From: Minisyncoccia bacterium
GTDB lineage: Bacteria; Patescibacteriota; Minisyncoccia; Phycocordibacterales; SBAW01
Length of the DNA stretch: 64,000 nt
Direction: 5' to 3'
Assembly (NCBI GenBank): GCA_049997855.1
Contig: JBEKSG010000003.1
Coordinates: 4,154-68,153, forward strand
The notes under the pieces were generated by a model. That model saw only the letters and a list, made by a program, of their open reading frames with translations. It did no database searches and had not been told where the DNA came from. The position numbers and the translations under genes are program-made. Shown one piece after another: positions 45,737 through 56,002 of the stretch. The first letter of the stretch is position 1; the number at the start of each line of letters is the position of its first letter.

Positions 45737-45889
45737 ATGAACGACGAGTACGAAACAGAAGGTTTTTTGCTTAGCGAAAGTGACCCGGACGATGAGGATA
45801 CGGACGACACTGAGGGTGACGGTGCAGAATTAGAAGAAGAGGAGGAAGAAACCTCCGGTGTCATTGGACTTGATGGGGAGGAGGAATAA
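45737..45889 (+). CDS. Small highly acidic protein (50 aa; not in ORF track)
   Basis: MNDEYETEGFLLSESDPDDEDTDDTEGDGAELEEEEEETSGVIGLDGEEE; TATAAT upstream, terminator downstream. Confidence 0.65.
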   Translation: MNDEYETEGFLLSESDPDDEDTDDTEGDGAELEEEEEETSGVIGLDGEEE

Positions 45890-45910
45890 GTTGTTGCAAG
45901 TTAAGAAATA

Positions 45911-45974
45911 AAATAAAAAAGGCTTCGTGTAGGAGTTTCTCGTTTATCTCTCAGGAGCGAAGCCTTTTTTATTT
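45911..45974. terminator. Bidirectional terminator-like inverted repeat
   Basis: AAATAAAAAAGGCTTCG...CGAAGCCTTTTTTATTT between convergent genes. Confidence 0.75.
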
Positions 45975-47170
45975 TATTTTACGATTATTTTTAAGAAGCG
46001 GTGTTTGCCTATGCGCAGAGTTATATCTCTTGTAACGGACGCAAGGGCTTCTGTTATAACTTCTCCGTCAACTTCACTTATAGACCCTTGTTGAAATAGT
46101 CTCCGAAAATTTGATTTCGATTCACCGAAAGCACTAGCGAGTACATCAATGTACGGTATACCTGCAGCACTATTAACTTCTTTGATATCTTTTGGTATGC
46201 CGCCTTCACTAAACGTGCCGACCCAATCTTGCTCGGCTTCCTCTGCGTCTTTTTGAGAGTGGTACATCGCCACTATCTCGCGTGCAAGGCGCATCTTGGC
46301 CTCTTTAGGATAGCCTTGCATGACGCCCGCAACTTCATCCATTGGTATGCGTGTGCACAGGATAAAATATCGCCCGACAAGTTCATCTCTAACCGACATG
46401 ATCTTGCCGTACATATCCTGTGCCGCATCGAGAATATTCACTACGTTCCCCCACGACGAGCTCATCTTCCGTCCATCGGTACCCTCGAGAAGCTCAAGCG
46501 TCATGACATCCTGTGGTTCCTGCTTATAGAGCTTTTGAATATCTCTGCCTGCCAAGAGGTTAAATCGTTGGTCGGTGCCGCCAAGTTCAACGTTTGAACA
46601 TACAGCAACCGAATCATAGCCTTGCATGAGCGGGTACAGAAGTTCGTGGAAGGATACACGCTGGCCGGCATCCATCCGTTTTGCGATAAGTTCGCGAGAT
46701 GCAAATTCGTTGAGCCCGAAGAGGCTCGCCATCCTGGTCAATTCAATAAAACCGAGTTTGCTTAACCATTCGGAATTGTGGTGCGTTTCAGTCTTATCTG
46801 GATCGAGTATCTTGAAAGCTTGCTCAAAGTACGTCTGCATATTTTTCTCGACCTGCTCTTGGGAGAGCATAGGTCTTTCCGCTTCCTTGTCGGATGTGTC
46901 TCCAACAACTCCTGTTGCGTCTCCGATTATAAAGACCGCAGTGTGCCCAAGATCTTGAAATGCCCTGAGCTTCCAGAGCGCTATCGCACGGCCAATGTGG
47001 AGGTCGGGCGACGTTGGGTCGATGCCGAGTTTAACGCGCAGGCGCCTGCCGGAGAGCAACTTTTCGCGCAGTTTTTCTTTAACAATAACCTCGGCAACGC
47101 CGCGCGAAAGCAGCTCGTCTATTGCTTTTTGGTCGGTCGAAACGGCCGGTGTTTTGGTAAACAACCCCAT
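45974..47170 (-). CDS. tyrS: Tyrosine--tRNA ligase
   Basis: GIDPTSPDLHIG, YPLMQGYD, GGTDQRFN, KMSSS. Confidence 0.97.
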   Translation of the reverse strand: MGLFTKTPAVSTDQKAIDELLSRGVAEVIVKEKLREKLLSGRRLRVKLGIDPTSPDLHIGRAIALWKLRAFQDLGHTAVFIIGDATGVVGDTSDKEAERPMLSQEQVEKNMQTYFEQAFKILDPDKTETHHNSEWLSKLGFIELTRMASLFGLNEFASRELIAKRMDAGQRVSFHELLYPLMQGYDSVAVCSNVELGGTDQRFNLLAGRDIQKLYKQEPQDVMTLELLEGTDGRKMSSSWGNVVNILDAAQDMYGKIMSVRDELVGRYFILCTRIPMDEVAGVMQGYPKEAKMRLAREIVAMYHSQKDAEEAEQDWVGTFSEGGIPKDIKEVNSAAGIPYIDVLASAFGESKSNFRRLFQQGSISEVDGEVITEALASVTRDITLRIGKHRFLKIIVK

Positions 47171-47197
47171 GCATTTACTCTATGCTAAAATGAGCCG

Positions 47198-49393
47198 ATG
47201 CGCCAACGCTTAACTCACCATCCTCACAAGATATGGCGGTGGGTAAAAAAACACAAAGTAAAAACGCTGCTGTACGCACTTGGCGTGTATTTTGTGCTCA
47301 TGGGCATCCTCTTTTTGTGGGCGGCAACGCTCCCCTTGCCCGACTTAAACTCGCTCTCGCAAATACGCGTTGACCAGTCGGTTAAACTCTACGATCGCAC
47401 GGGGCAAGTATTGCTCTACGATATCAGCAATAACAACATACAGCGCACCAGTGTGACGCTCGACCAGGTCTCGCCCAACATTCAAAACGCAGTCATTTCT
47501 ATCGAAGACCCTAACTTTTATACCAATAACGGTGTCGAGTTTAAGGCAATCCTGCGCGCCATTTTTGTCGATATCACACACGTGGGGCTCGACCAGGGCG
47601 GTTCGACCATCACCCAGCAGGTGATTAAAAACACCGTGCTCACCAATGACAAAAGCATTGTGCGCAAGCTTAAAGAGTGGATATTGGCGCTTAAACTCGA
47701 ACAGGTGCTTACCAAGCAGCAGATTTTAACGCTCTATGTTAACCAAGTGCCTTACGGCGGCACGATGTACGGCGTTGAAGAGGCCTCCGAAACTTTTTTT
47801 GGCAAGCATGCAAGCGAGGTCGACCTGGCCGAGGCCGCCTATCTGGCTGCAATCCTCCCTGCGCCGAGCTACTACTCGCCTTATGGACCCAACAAAACCG
47901 ATCTAGACGCGCGCAAAAATCTCGTGCTCGACGAAATGTACACGCACGGTTACATTACCGCCCCCGAGCGCGACGATGCCAAAGCCGAGCAAGTGGTGTT
48001 TATTCCACAACAAAGCAGCTCGATACAAGCGCCGCACTTTGTGTTTTATGTCGAGCAATATTTAGAGCAAAAATACGGCGAGGATGCGATACAAACGAGC
48101 GGTTGGAAGGTCACCACGACGCTCGATGCCAACATGCAAGCCGAAGCCGAGTCGATAGTAAAAGCCGGAGCGCTCAGCAACACCTCCAAATTTAACGCAA
48201 GCAATGCCGGCCTTATCGCACTCGACCCCACAGACGGACAAATCCTCAGCATGGTGGGCTCGCGCAACTATTTCGACACTCAAATAGATGGCGCATACAA
48301 CGTGACGCTCGCCAACCGTCAGCCGGGCTCGGCGTTTAAACCCTTTGCCTACGCCGAGGCGTTTATCAAGGGCTACACGCCCGACACCGTGCTGTGGGAT
48401 GTGCCAACACAATTTTCCACTAGCTGTTCGGGGAGTAACTTTAGCAACGTTGCGCCGTGCTACTCGCCGGTTGATTATGACAACAAATTTAGAGGTCCGA
48501 TGACGTTGCGCGACGCCATCGCGCAGTCTATTAACGTGCCGTCGGTTAAGGTGCTCTATCTCGCCGGCATTGCCGACACGCTCCAACTTGCCAAGTCGAT
48601 GGGCATCTCGACACTCGGCAACGCCGACCAATACGGCCTTACCCTCGTGCTCGGCGGCGGCGAGGTAAACTTGCTCGACATGTCGAGCGCCTACGGAACC
48701 TTTGCCACCGACGGCACACACTACCAACCGACGGCGATACTAAAAATTGAAGATTCAAACGGCAACGTTATCGAAGACGACTCGCAACCAACCGGTACGC
48801 AGGTGTTGCAGCCGCAGATAGCCGAAGAAATAAACGACGTACTCTCCGATCCGGTGGCGCGCGCGCCCTTGGGCGAAAACGAGTATCTCCAATTCCCCGG
48901 TTACGATGTGGCGGTTAAAACCGGTACTACCAACAACTATAAAGACGCGTGGACCATTGGCTATACGCCAAACCTTGTGGTAGGCATTTGGGCCGGCAAC
49001 AACGACAATAGCCCCATGACGCACAACGTGTCGGGCTTTATCGTCGGACCGATGTGGAATCAGTTTATGCAATACGCATTGCCTACGCGCCCCACGCAAT
49101 ACTTTACGCGCACCATAGTAAACGAGAGCGGCCTCAAGCCGATATTGCGCGGCGACTGGCAAATCCCGGGCAGTGACGGCGCACTGCATGAGATACTCTA
49201 CTGGCTCAACAAAAACGACCCCACAGGCCCGACACCGCCCGACCCAACCGACCCGCAATATAGTTTGTGGGAAACAGGGTTAAGCCTGTGGCTCACACAC
49301 AACACGCCCGCCGGTCTCTCAACAACACCAAATTCGGGCCAAGTACAAACATCAGGAGCACCAATGATCCCTGTTGGCCCCGTGACGCAATAA
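47198..49393 (+). CDS. Class A penicillin-binding protein (PBP1A family)
   Basis: IED, QGGSTITQQ, RKLKE, GSAFK (SxxK), SIN, KTGT. Confidence 0.95.
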   Translation: MRQRLTHHPHKIWRWVKKHKVKTLLYALGVYFVLMGILFLWAATLPLPDLNSLSQIRVDQSVKLYDRTGQVLLYDISNNNIQRTSVTLDQVSPNIQNAVISIEDPNFYTNNGVEFKAILRAIFVDITHVGLDQGGSTITQQVIKNTVLTNDKSIVRKLKEWILALKLEQVLTKQQILTLYVNQVPYGGTMYGVEEASETFFGKHASEVDLAEAAYLAAILPAPSYYSPYGPNKTDLDARKNLVLDEMYTHGYITAPERDDAKAEQVVFIPQQSSSIQAPHFVFYVEQYLEQKYGEDAIQTSGWKVTTTLDANMQAEAESIVKAGALSNTSKFNASNAGLIALDPTDGQILSMVGSRNYFDTQIDGAYNVTLANRQPGSAFKPFAYAEAFIKGYTPDTVLWDVPTQFSTSCSGSNFSNVAPCYSPVDYDNKFRGPMTLRDAIAQSINVPSVKVLYLAGIADTLQLAKSMGISTLGNADQYGLTLVLGGGEVNLLDMSSAYGTFATDGTHYQPTAILKIEDSNGNVIEDDSQPTGTQVLQPQIAEEINDVLSDPVARAPLGENEYLQFPGYDVAVKTGTTNNYKDAWTIGYTPNLVVGIWAGNNDNSPMTHNVSGFIVGPMWNQFMQYALPTRPTQYFTRTIVNESGLKPILRGDWQIPGSDGALHEILYWLNKNDPTGPTPPDPTDPQYSLWETGLSLWLTHNTPAGLSTTPNSGQVQTSGAPMIPVGPVTQ

Positions 49394-49416
49394 AAAAGGC
49401 TACCGTTTTGAATATG

Positions 49417-51498
49417 TCACGACAACTTATTCTCCAATCGAAATTTGGTAGGACGAATTTTAATTGCAAGTTGTAGATTCAATTCTTTCGCCAAAGCAAA
49501 ACAAAAATGACAAAGCCGCTTCGAGTCAAAATTAGTGAGTAGCCATAAGCCGTTTTTCAATTTTTTTCTAAGTTTTGCTTCATCACTAGATTCGAGAACG
49601 TCTTTTATTAATAACTGTCTGTCACCCCCATCGATAAAACTAAGGGTGCTTTCGGTCAAGACAAATGTTTTTGAATACAATTCAACTAGGATAACAAACA
49701 GTTCAGACCACGTCCCCCCTTCTTTGAATTTTTGGCCACCTAACGAATAACTTTCTGGCTTCGTGTATCTAAGATCACCATACTTTGCATAATTACTTGT
49801 GTTTAGTTCAGATTTATATTCTAGCTTTTCACCAAAAGAAGAGTGACGTAATTTATCTAGAGAAGACGGAGATTTAAAGAAATATTGATAATTGTTGAAA
49901 GTTGGATCTTGTCGTTGAGTCGCCATTGCAACACTAAGAAGATTCATGACTCTCTCGCTGTTTTTCTCAAATTCTTTTTTTATCTTTTCTAACGAACCCT
50001 CTTTTGTAGCCATTTCTTCGAGAATAATACCTTCTGGTATTAACACCCACAGCTTAAAGAGTGTCAACAAATGCAAAAGACCGGTACTAAACAAACTTAA
50101 TTCATCTAAGGAATAATTAGGTCGATTTTTCTTCAGTTTCTGCTTGAACCATTCGAGAAGTTTGAAACTTATCAACAAAGAGTGCGCACTAATTTGATTA
50201 TGAAAAATAGTCGTGTAATACGCATTATATATTTCAGCTTTTTTATTCTTTGCCTCAGATGGCCTCTCAAGAAAAAGTGACATGTACGCTTGGGCAGCTT
50301 TTTCAAGATCAATGATTTTTTCTTTTTTTACATTTCCATCGTTAGTGTATAATCCCCTTTTCCTTTGGTAAAAATATCCAAGGGAATTAAATTGGGCCTC
50401 GAGTTGTTTTTGTATATCATCTTCACTAATTAGGTCTCTATTGTTTACCGTCGATTGTGTGTTTGATGCTTTGATAATTGCCTCTTTTAGTTTTGGATCG
50501 GAAGATTCAATTATCCGCACCAACACGTGTCCGGTATTTTCTTCAATTTTCCCAAGTTGATAAACGTCTCTTATTGTACTCGCAGTTTGGCAACCGTTGA
50601 TTAAGGATGGATTTGTTAACTCAACAATTTCATTACCAACCTTGATTTGATAATTATCGCAGAGAATGGTAATTCCATTATTTAAGTAGATAAATGTTTC
50701 TATTGCTTCCTTGTCTAACAAAGTTTTCTTTATTTGATCGTTTATTTTATTTTCACCAAGGTACCCGCGGACATTAGCGTTAAATATGTTTGGTTTGTCC
50801 TCGACTAATTTAGCAATCTCGAATACGTCGACACGTACAACCTTTCCTTTTGAATGATTAATATCCGGTAGATCTAAAAAAGTTTTTGCACCAGCGCCCG
50901 TATCTTTAACAACTTTGATAGATACCTTACCCACAGGTTTCGTTGAGGGAGGTAATATCAATTCTGCTACGTCCTTTTCAGTAAGAATTTCATAGTTGAC
51001 CTGCTTATCGCTTTCATTTGAAAATCTTTCTAATTCCTCGTAGAGCGAAGCTTGCGGTCTTTTGCCATTAGTTAGAAAGAGAAGTTTTATTTTATCGATT
51101 TCCCCTGATTGAAAGGAGTTTCTGGCCGATTCTATACGAGGTTTGAGTTTAGGATTCAAAACATTTGTGGGAGCATCACCTAATACATAATTCCGAACAG
51201 TTTCGACCATTAAAGTTTTAGCTGTTTCGTCTAGCGAATTATTTGGGTTCTGTGCAAAATATTTTGACTGCACAATATAAAGAATATTATTTCCATTCTC
51301 GTCGACCTGGATGAAAATAGCATCAATCCCCTTATCGTTGCCGCCATCGGTTATCGCTTCTTCAACTTCTATCTCATCGAGCCCGTAAATATTTTGAAGA
51401 CAAAAAATTATGAAAGCTGTTGACGGCTGACAACTAAATTCTTTTGCCGTCTCTTGAACTCTTGCAGCTAGAGTGCTTTGAATACGTGGGTTTGACAT
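49417..51498 (-). CDS. AIPR-family protein with N-terminal nuclease-like motif and C-terminal extension
   Basis: DKGIDA..VQSK, NVRGYLG, LNNGIT, INGCQT, NTQS; visibly AT-rich. Confidence 0.88.
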   Translation of the reverse strand: MSNPRIQSTLAARVQETAKEFSCQPSTAFIIFCLQNIYGLDEIEVEEAITDGGNDKGIDAIFIQVDENGNNILYIVQSKYFAQNPNNSLDETAKTLMVETVRNYVLGDAPTNVLNPKLKPRIESARNSFQSGEIDKIKLLFLTNGKRPQASLYEELERFSNESDKQVNYEILTEKDVAELILPPSTKPVGKVSIKVVKDTGAGAKTFLDLPDINHSKGKVVRVDVFEIAKLVEDKPNIFNANVRGYLGENKINDQIKKTLLDKEAIETFIYLNNGITILCDNYQIKVGNEIVELTNPSLINGCQTASTIRDVYQLGKIEENTGHVLVRIIESSDPKLKEAIIKASNTQSTVNNRDLISEDDIQKQLEAQFNSLGYFYQRKRGLYTNDGNVKKEKIIDLEKAAQAYMSLFLERPSEAKNKKAEIYNAYYTTIFHNQISAHSLLISFKLLEWFKQKLKKNRPNYSLDELSLFSTGLLHLLTLFKLWVLIPEGIILEEMATKEGSLEKIKKEFEKNSERVMNLLSVAMATQRQDPTFNNYQYFFKSPSSLDKLRHSSFGEKLEYKSELNTSNYAKYGDLRYTKPESYSLGGQKFKEGGTWSELFVILVELYSKTFVLTESTLSFIDGGDRQLLIKDVLESSDEAKLRKKLKNGLWLLTNFDSKRLCHFCFALAKELNLQLAIKIRPTKFRLENKLS

Positions 51499-51523
51499 AT
51501 TTTTAATAATACTCAAGCTTAAA

Positions 51524-52621
51524 TTACCGGTTCATTGGCATGGCTAGGTAGAGGAAGCTCTCGTCGGCGGCATCTTTGATGAGGAGCGGTTTGCCTGCGC
51601 CGTTGGCGCGTATGCGCACGCTGTCTCCTGTGATTGCCTGCAAGCTGTCGGCGAGGTAGCGGCCGTTAAAGTTCATTGTGCAAGGCTCGCCCGATATGGT
51701 GGCGCGCACGGTTGAGATTTGCTCACCCACGTCCGGGTTGCGTGACGAAAGAAAGATTGCCTTTTTTGCCGGGTCTATCGTAAAAGTAACCTGCGCAAAC
51801 TTGTCGGCAAACACCGAGAGCGATTTGAGCGCCGCCGAGAAATCCTCGCGCAATACCACTGCCTCAGAAATAAATGACTTGGGGATGATTTGACGATAGT
51901 TAGGAAACGCGCCGTCGATAAGGCGGCTCGTGTAATACACGTCTCCCACGTGGGTGGAAATTTGGTTGTCGTTGTAATACAACTCAACCTCGACGTTTGC
52001 CGTCTCTACAATGCGCATGAGCTCGGCCGCGTTGCGCGCCGGCACAAGCAAATGTGCCACACTGCCGCCGGAGCGGAGCGGAATGCTCTTTTCGGCAAGC
52101 CGGAAGGAGTCGGTTGCTGCGGTGGTAACCTTGCCTGCTTCACCAAACAGCAGGACGCTCTGTTGCTCGGGTTTAATCGCCGAAGTCGAGGCACAGTAAG
52201 CCACACTCCTAATGGCGCGCGTGAGATCGCCTGATTTAACCGTAAACGAGCGCTCAGCCGACACGTGCGGTAAAATCGGGAAGTCGTCATGCAGGATGGT
52301 TTTGATCGAGGCCGACGCGCGCTCGGTTTCGATTTTAAACAACTCACCCACCAACGCCGCTGAAATATTTTTACCCCGTGCGTTCGACAAAAACCCAAGC
52401 AACACTCCTCCAGGCACAGCCGCAACGCCATCGTGTAAAACTTTTGCCGCAAAGGTTACCTCAACACCACACTCAAGGTTGGTGGCCCGCAGTACTATCC
52501 GCCCACCATCAGCTGTTATCAAAATACTCCCCAACACCGGCAGATTGGCTTTGCGCTCAACAAAACGGGCGGCAGTTGTCACTGCTTTAAGAAGTTGTTC
52601 GGTTGTGCATTCAAACTTCAT
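51524..52621 (-). CDS. dnaN: DNA polymerase III beta clamp
   Basis: ATNLE, ATDSFRLA, SRLIDGAFPNY, FNGRY, MPM. Confidence 0.97.
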   Translation of the reverse strand: MKFECTTEQLLKAVTTAARFVERKANLPVLGSILITADGGRIVLRATNLECGVEVTFAAKVLHDGVAAVPGGVLLGFLSNARGKNISAALVGELFKIETERASASIKTILHDDFPILPHVSAERSFTVKSGDLTRAIRSVAYCASTSAIKPEQQSVLLFGEAGKVTTAATDSFRLAEKSIPLRSGGSVAHLLVPARNAAELMRIVETANVEVELYYNDNQISTHVGDVYYTSRLIDGAFPNYRQIIPKSFISEAVVLREDFSAALKSLSVFADKFAQVTFTIDPAKKAIFLSSRNPDVGEQISTVRATISGEPCTMNFNGRYLADSLQAITGDSVRIRANGAGKPLLIKDAADESFLYLAMPMNR

Positions 52622-52832
52622 ATGTTCTTTATAAAAAATCTATTACTACTATTAAGGGTGTGAATTGGTGGAAAAGTGACGGTAAGGATTGCGTTGTAAG
52701 AGTTTGTTGTTGGAGCGATGTTTGCATACGCGGTGGATAACTAAGCGCTCATATGTTTGGTATGTATTGATTGGTTGATTTTACACACTTGTCCACAACA
52801 CTGTCCCCTTCTATTACTACCACTTATCCACT
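52622..52832. other. Replication origin (oriC) region between dnaA and dnaN
   Basis: DnaA-box-like GGTGGATAA, TTGTCCACA, TTATCCACT; TAATAGTAGTAATAG trio-like run on the minus strand next to an AT-rich stretch. Confidence 0.75.
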
Positions 52833-54176
52833 TCATTTCAACATGAGACGGATTTGGTGCATTTCTTGATTGAGCGCGCTGTCGGTGTGTAGGTCGGTTT
52901 TTATTTTTTCGCACGAATGAATGACGGTGGTGTGGTCGCGGCCGCCAAGCTTCTCGCCAATGGTTGGAAAGGAGATGTGGAAGTCCTCGCGTAGGAGATA
53001 CATGATGACCTGGCGCGGCCGTACCACCTCTTTGCGGCGGGTTTTTTCATAAATGCTGTTTTCCTCGACACCATAAAAGCCGGAGATTGCTTTGACTACA
53101 TCTTGCACCGACACGGCTTTTTTAGTCGAACTGCTCGCGCTCCGGAGGAGCGCTTTAGCGTCGTTAATAGTGAGAGGTTCACCGCGCATCTCAAACTGTA
53201 TAAGGAGCATGTTGAGCGCGCCCTCAAGCTCGCGGACATTGCCCTCAATAGTGGCTGCTAAGTACTCAAGCACCTCGTCGGGGAGCATTACATTATGGAC
53301 GGCGGCTTTTGCGCGCACGATGGCGAGGCGCGACTGGTGGTCGGGCGGCGTTACTGCGACGACCATCCCCGCCGCAAGGCGCGACTTCAGTCTGTCCTCG
53401 AGGTTTTGGATCACATTTGGGTGTTGGTCGGACGAAAAAACAAGTTGCTTGTTGTTGTCGTGGAGATAGTTAAAGAGATGAAAAAATTCCTCTTTTATTT
53501 TATCGCGACCCGCCAAAAACTGCACGTCGTCCATGATGAGGAGGTCATACTGGCGGTACCGCTCTTTAAAGTTTTGCACTTTGTCCGCTTGGAGGCTCGA
53601 TACGTAATCCATCGAAAACTTTTCCGACGTGACATAAAACACCTTACGCTCAGGCGTTTGTGTCCGAAAATAATTGCCGACAGCTTGTATAAGGTGCGTT
53701 TTGCCGAGGCCGGTTGGCCCGTATACCAAAAGCGGGTTGTACGCGATGCCCGGTTTACGGATAACCGCCTGCGCCGCGGCGTGTGCAAGCTCATTAAACG
53801 GCCCAACCACAAATGATTGCAGGGTAAAGCGCGGGTTTAAGTTTGTTTTGGCGTGCACGGTTTCGAGAGGCAGCTCCGCAGACGCGGGGGGTACGATGTG
53901 CGGCGGTTCCTCGACCGTTTTTTTGACTCCACGCGATATGACATACTCGACCGCGCGCACGCTGTCGGAGAGACCGCGCAAAGAGCGTAAAATGTCTTTG
54001 TGGAATTTTGTTGAAAGCCAGTCGCGGGCAAACTGGCTCGGCACGCCGAGCGCTACGGTGCCGTCCTCGACGCGCACGATATGCGTGTCTTTAAACCACG
54101 TATTAAAATTGGGTTTTGAAATAGTCAGTTCCAGTTCCACCAATGCATTTTCCCAGAGCTCTTTCGTGGTAGTCAT
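52833..54176 (-). CDS. dnaA: Chromosomal replication initiator DnaA
   Basis: [36 protein letters not shown]. Confidence 0.98.
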   Translation of the reverse strand: MTTTKELWENALVELELTISKPNFNTWFKDTHIVRVEDGTVALGVPSQFARDWLSTKFHKDILRSLRGLSDSVRAVEYVISRGVKKTVEEPPHIVPPASAELPLETVHAKTNLNPRFTLQSFVVGPFNELAHAAAQAVIRKPGIAYNPLLVYGPTGLGKTHLIQAVGNYFRTQTPERKVFYVTSEKFSMDYVSSLQADKVQNFKERYRQYDLLIMDDVQFLAGRDKIKEEFFHLFNYLHDNNKQLVFSSDQHPNVIQNLEDRLKSRLAAGMVVAVTPPDHQSRLAIVRAKAAVHNVMLPDEVLEYLAATIEGNVRELEGALNMLLIQFEMRGEPLTINDAKALLRSASSSTKKAVSVQDVVKAISGFYGVEENSIYEKTRRKEVVRPRQVIMYLLREDFHISFPTIGEKLGGRDHTTVIHSCEKIKTDLHTDSALNQEMHQIRLMLK

Positions 54177-54229
54177 AGTACGTTTCTCCCAGCATACGCG
54201 TGCGCGGCCTCTCCGTCAAAAACGGCATA

Positions 54230-54265
54230 CCAGTGCATAAGTTGTGGAGAAACTGTGGATACAGT
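54230..54265. promoter_or_regulatory. DnaA-box-like cluster upstream of dnaA
   Basis: AGTGCATAA, TGTGGAGAA, TGTGGATAC in tandem. Confidence 0.6.
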
Positions 54266-54276
54266 ATATTTGACGC

Positions 54277-54414
54277 ATGTCACAAACCTACCAGCCTAAA
54301 AAGCGTAAACGCGCGCGTGCACACGGTTTTCTTACAAGGAGCAGTACGCCCGGTGGGCGCGCAACGCTTAAGCGTCGCCTTCACAAAAGGCGCGCCCGCA
54401 AATCAGTAGTATAA
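54277..54414 (+). CDS. rpmH: 50S ribosomal protein L34 (not in ORF track)
   Basis: [34 protein letters not shown]; divergent from dnaA. Confidence 0.95.
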   Translation: MSQTYQPKKRKRARAHGFLTRSSTPGGRATLKRRLHKRRARKSVV

Positions 54415-54427
54415 GTAAACGTATGTT

Positions 54428-54781
54428 ATGCTCAAAAAGCGCCTGCGTCTGCGTGCAGAAGAGGTAAAAGAGGTGCTGAAAGCCGGCCGCTCGGCGCACT
54501 CGTCTCATATGCAGGCCAAGTGGATTGTTGCCGAGGAGCCCCTGCGTAGCGCGGCGGTAGTTGCAAGGTCGGTGGCGCGCAAAGCCAACGTCCGCAACGC
54601 ATTGCGCCGCTCCATATATCGCGCAATTGCCTCGGTCAGCACTACCGCTCCTCTCCCACGCGCTCGGGCGGTGTTCTTTCTCCGGGTTATACCGAGAGAG
54701 CGCTCGGGTACGATACTAAGAGAAGAGATTTCCTTCTTGCTTTCCCAGATAGGCAGGCCCTGGCCGGGCAGGCAAAAATAA
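54428..54781 (+). CDS. rnpA: Ribonuclease P protein component
   Basis: MLKKRLRL, KANVRNALRR (RNR-like motif); synteny. Confidence 0.85.
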   Translation: MLKKRLRLRAEEVKEVLKAGRSAHSSHMQAKWIVAEEPLRSAAVVARSVARKANVRNALRRSIYRAIASVSTTAPLPRARAVFFLRVIPRERSGTILREEISFLLSQIGRPWPGRQK

Positions 54782-54788
54782 TATATGT

Positions 54789-55511
54789 ATGTTTGAGACC
54801 ATCCTCATTGCGCCGCTCTATAATGCATTTATATTTTTAATCGGCATTATGCCGGGCGGCAGCGTAGGTCTTGCCATTATCGCAATGACCATCGTCGTGC
54901 GCGCGGTGTTTTATCCGGCATTTAGCGCCTCCATACGCACCCAAATGGCCATGGCGGCTATACAGGGCGACCTCGACGCAATAAACAAAAAATACAAGGA
55001 CAACCCGGACGAAAAAGCCAAGCAAACCATGGAGCTCTTCAAAACAAAAGAGGTCCGTCCATTTGCCGGTTTTGTGGCCATCTTGGTCCAAATCCCTATA
55101 TTTATAGCACTTTATTATGCGCTCATACGCGAAGGGTTGCCGCACATCGCCACGCGCCTTTTGTACCCTTTTGTGTCCGTGCCCGCGACGGTTAACACCA
55201 ATTTTTTTGGGCTAATAAATCTGCTCGCGTCACACAATATCGCGTTGGCGCTTGTGGTAGCAGGCCTCCAATATGCCGTGGTTAAACTTTCGCTCGTGCG
55301 CACTAAGCGCGTTACCACCGTGCCGCTTGCACCCGAAAAAGCGCAAGCTCAGGCGATGCAGCAGAATATGATGCTCTACGCCATGCCCGTGCTGTATATT
55401 TTTATTGTTTATTCTTTTCCTGCCGCCGCTGGGCTTTATTTTGCAACCAGCAACATTATTTCGCTCGGACAAGAGTTCCTGATCCGCCGAGAATTGCAAA
55501 GCGCAAAGTAG
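54789..55511 (+). CDS. yidC: Membrane protein insertase YidC/Oxa1 (short form)
   Basis: GLAII..T..VR, LVQIPIFIALY, AGLYF..SN; synteny. Confidence 0.92.
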   Translation: MFETILIAPLYNAFIFLIGIMPGGSVGLAIIAMTIVVRAVFYPAFSASIRTQMAMAAIQGDLDAINKKYKDNPDEKAKQTMELFKTKEVRPFAGFVAILVQIPIFIALYYALIREGLPHIATRLLYPFVSVPATVNTNFFGLINLLASHNIALALVVAGLQYAVVKLSLVRTKRVTTVPLAPEKAQAQAMQQNMMLYAMPVLYIFIVYSFPAAAGLYFATSNIISLGQEFLIRRELQSAK

Positions 55512-55528
55512 TGGAGTAGGCTGGGCGT

Positions 55529-56002
55529 ATGGACGCCCAAGAACTCACCGATTTTGTCTCCGAGCTTCTTGCCGCGCTTAGCGCCTCTTTTGAGAGTGTA
55601 ACCGTTACCACAGGCCACCGTACAGTTGTTGCTGTCAAAACGGCCGAGCCCGAGCGCCTGATAGGCCCGCACGGCGAGCATGTGCGCGCGCTTACCCTGC
55701 TTGCGCGGCGCATAGTCGAACAAAAGTATGGCGAGGATGCCTCAAATTTCCTTATCGACATCAACGGCTACCAGGAGGCCCAGCTTGAGGGCGTGCGCCA
55801 ACAGGCGCGTATGCTGGCACAGCGCGCCCGCCTATTTAAACACGAGGTGGAGATGCCGCCCATGAGCTCATACGAGCGTTTGGTGATACACGAGCTTTTT
55901 GCCGATGATCCGGAGATAAACACGGAGTCGGCAGGCGACGGCAAGTTTCGCCATATAGTGCTCAAATATAACAGCGGCTCGCCTTCTATTGAGCAAGCCT
56001 AA
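55529..56002 (+). CDS. Jag/KhpB-like KH + R3H RNA-binding protein
   Basis: LIGPHGE, IDINGY, MSSYERLVIH. Confidence 0.9.
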   Translation: MDAQELTDFVSELLAALSASFESVTVTTGHRTVVAVKTAEPERLIGPHGEHVRALTLLARRIVEQKYGEDASNFLIDINGYQEAQLEGVRQQARMLAQRARLFKHEVEMPPMSSYERLVIHELFADDPEINTESAGDGKFRHIVLKYNSGSPSIEQA

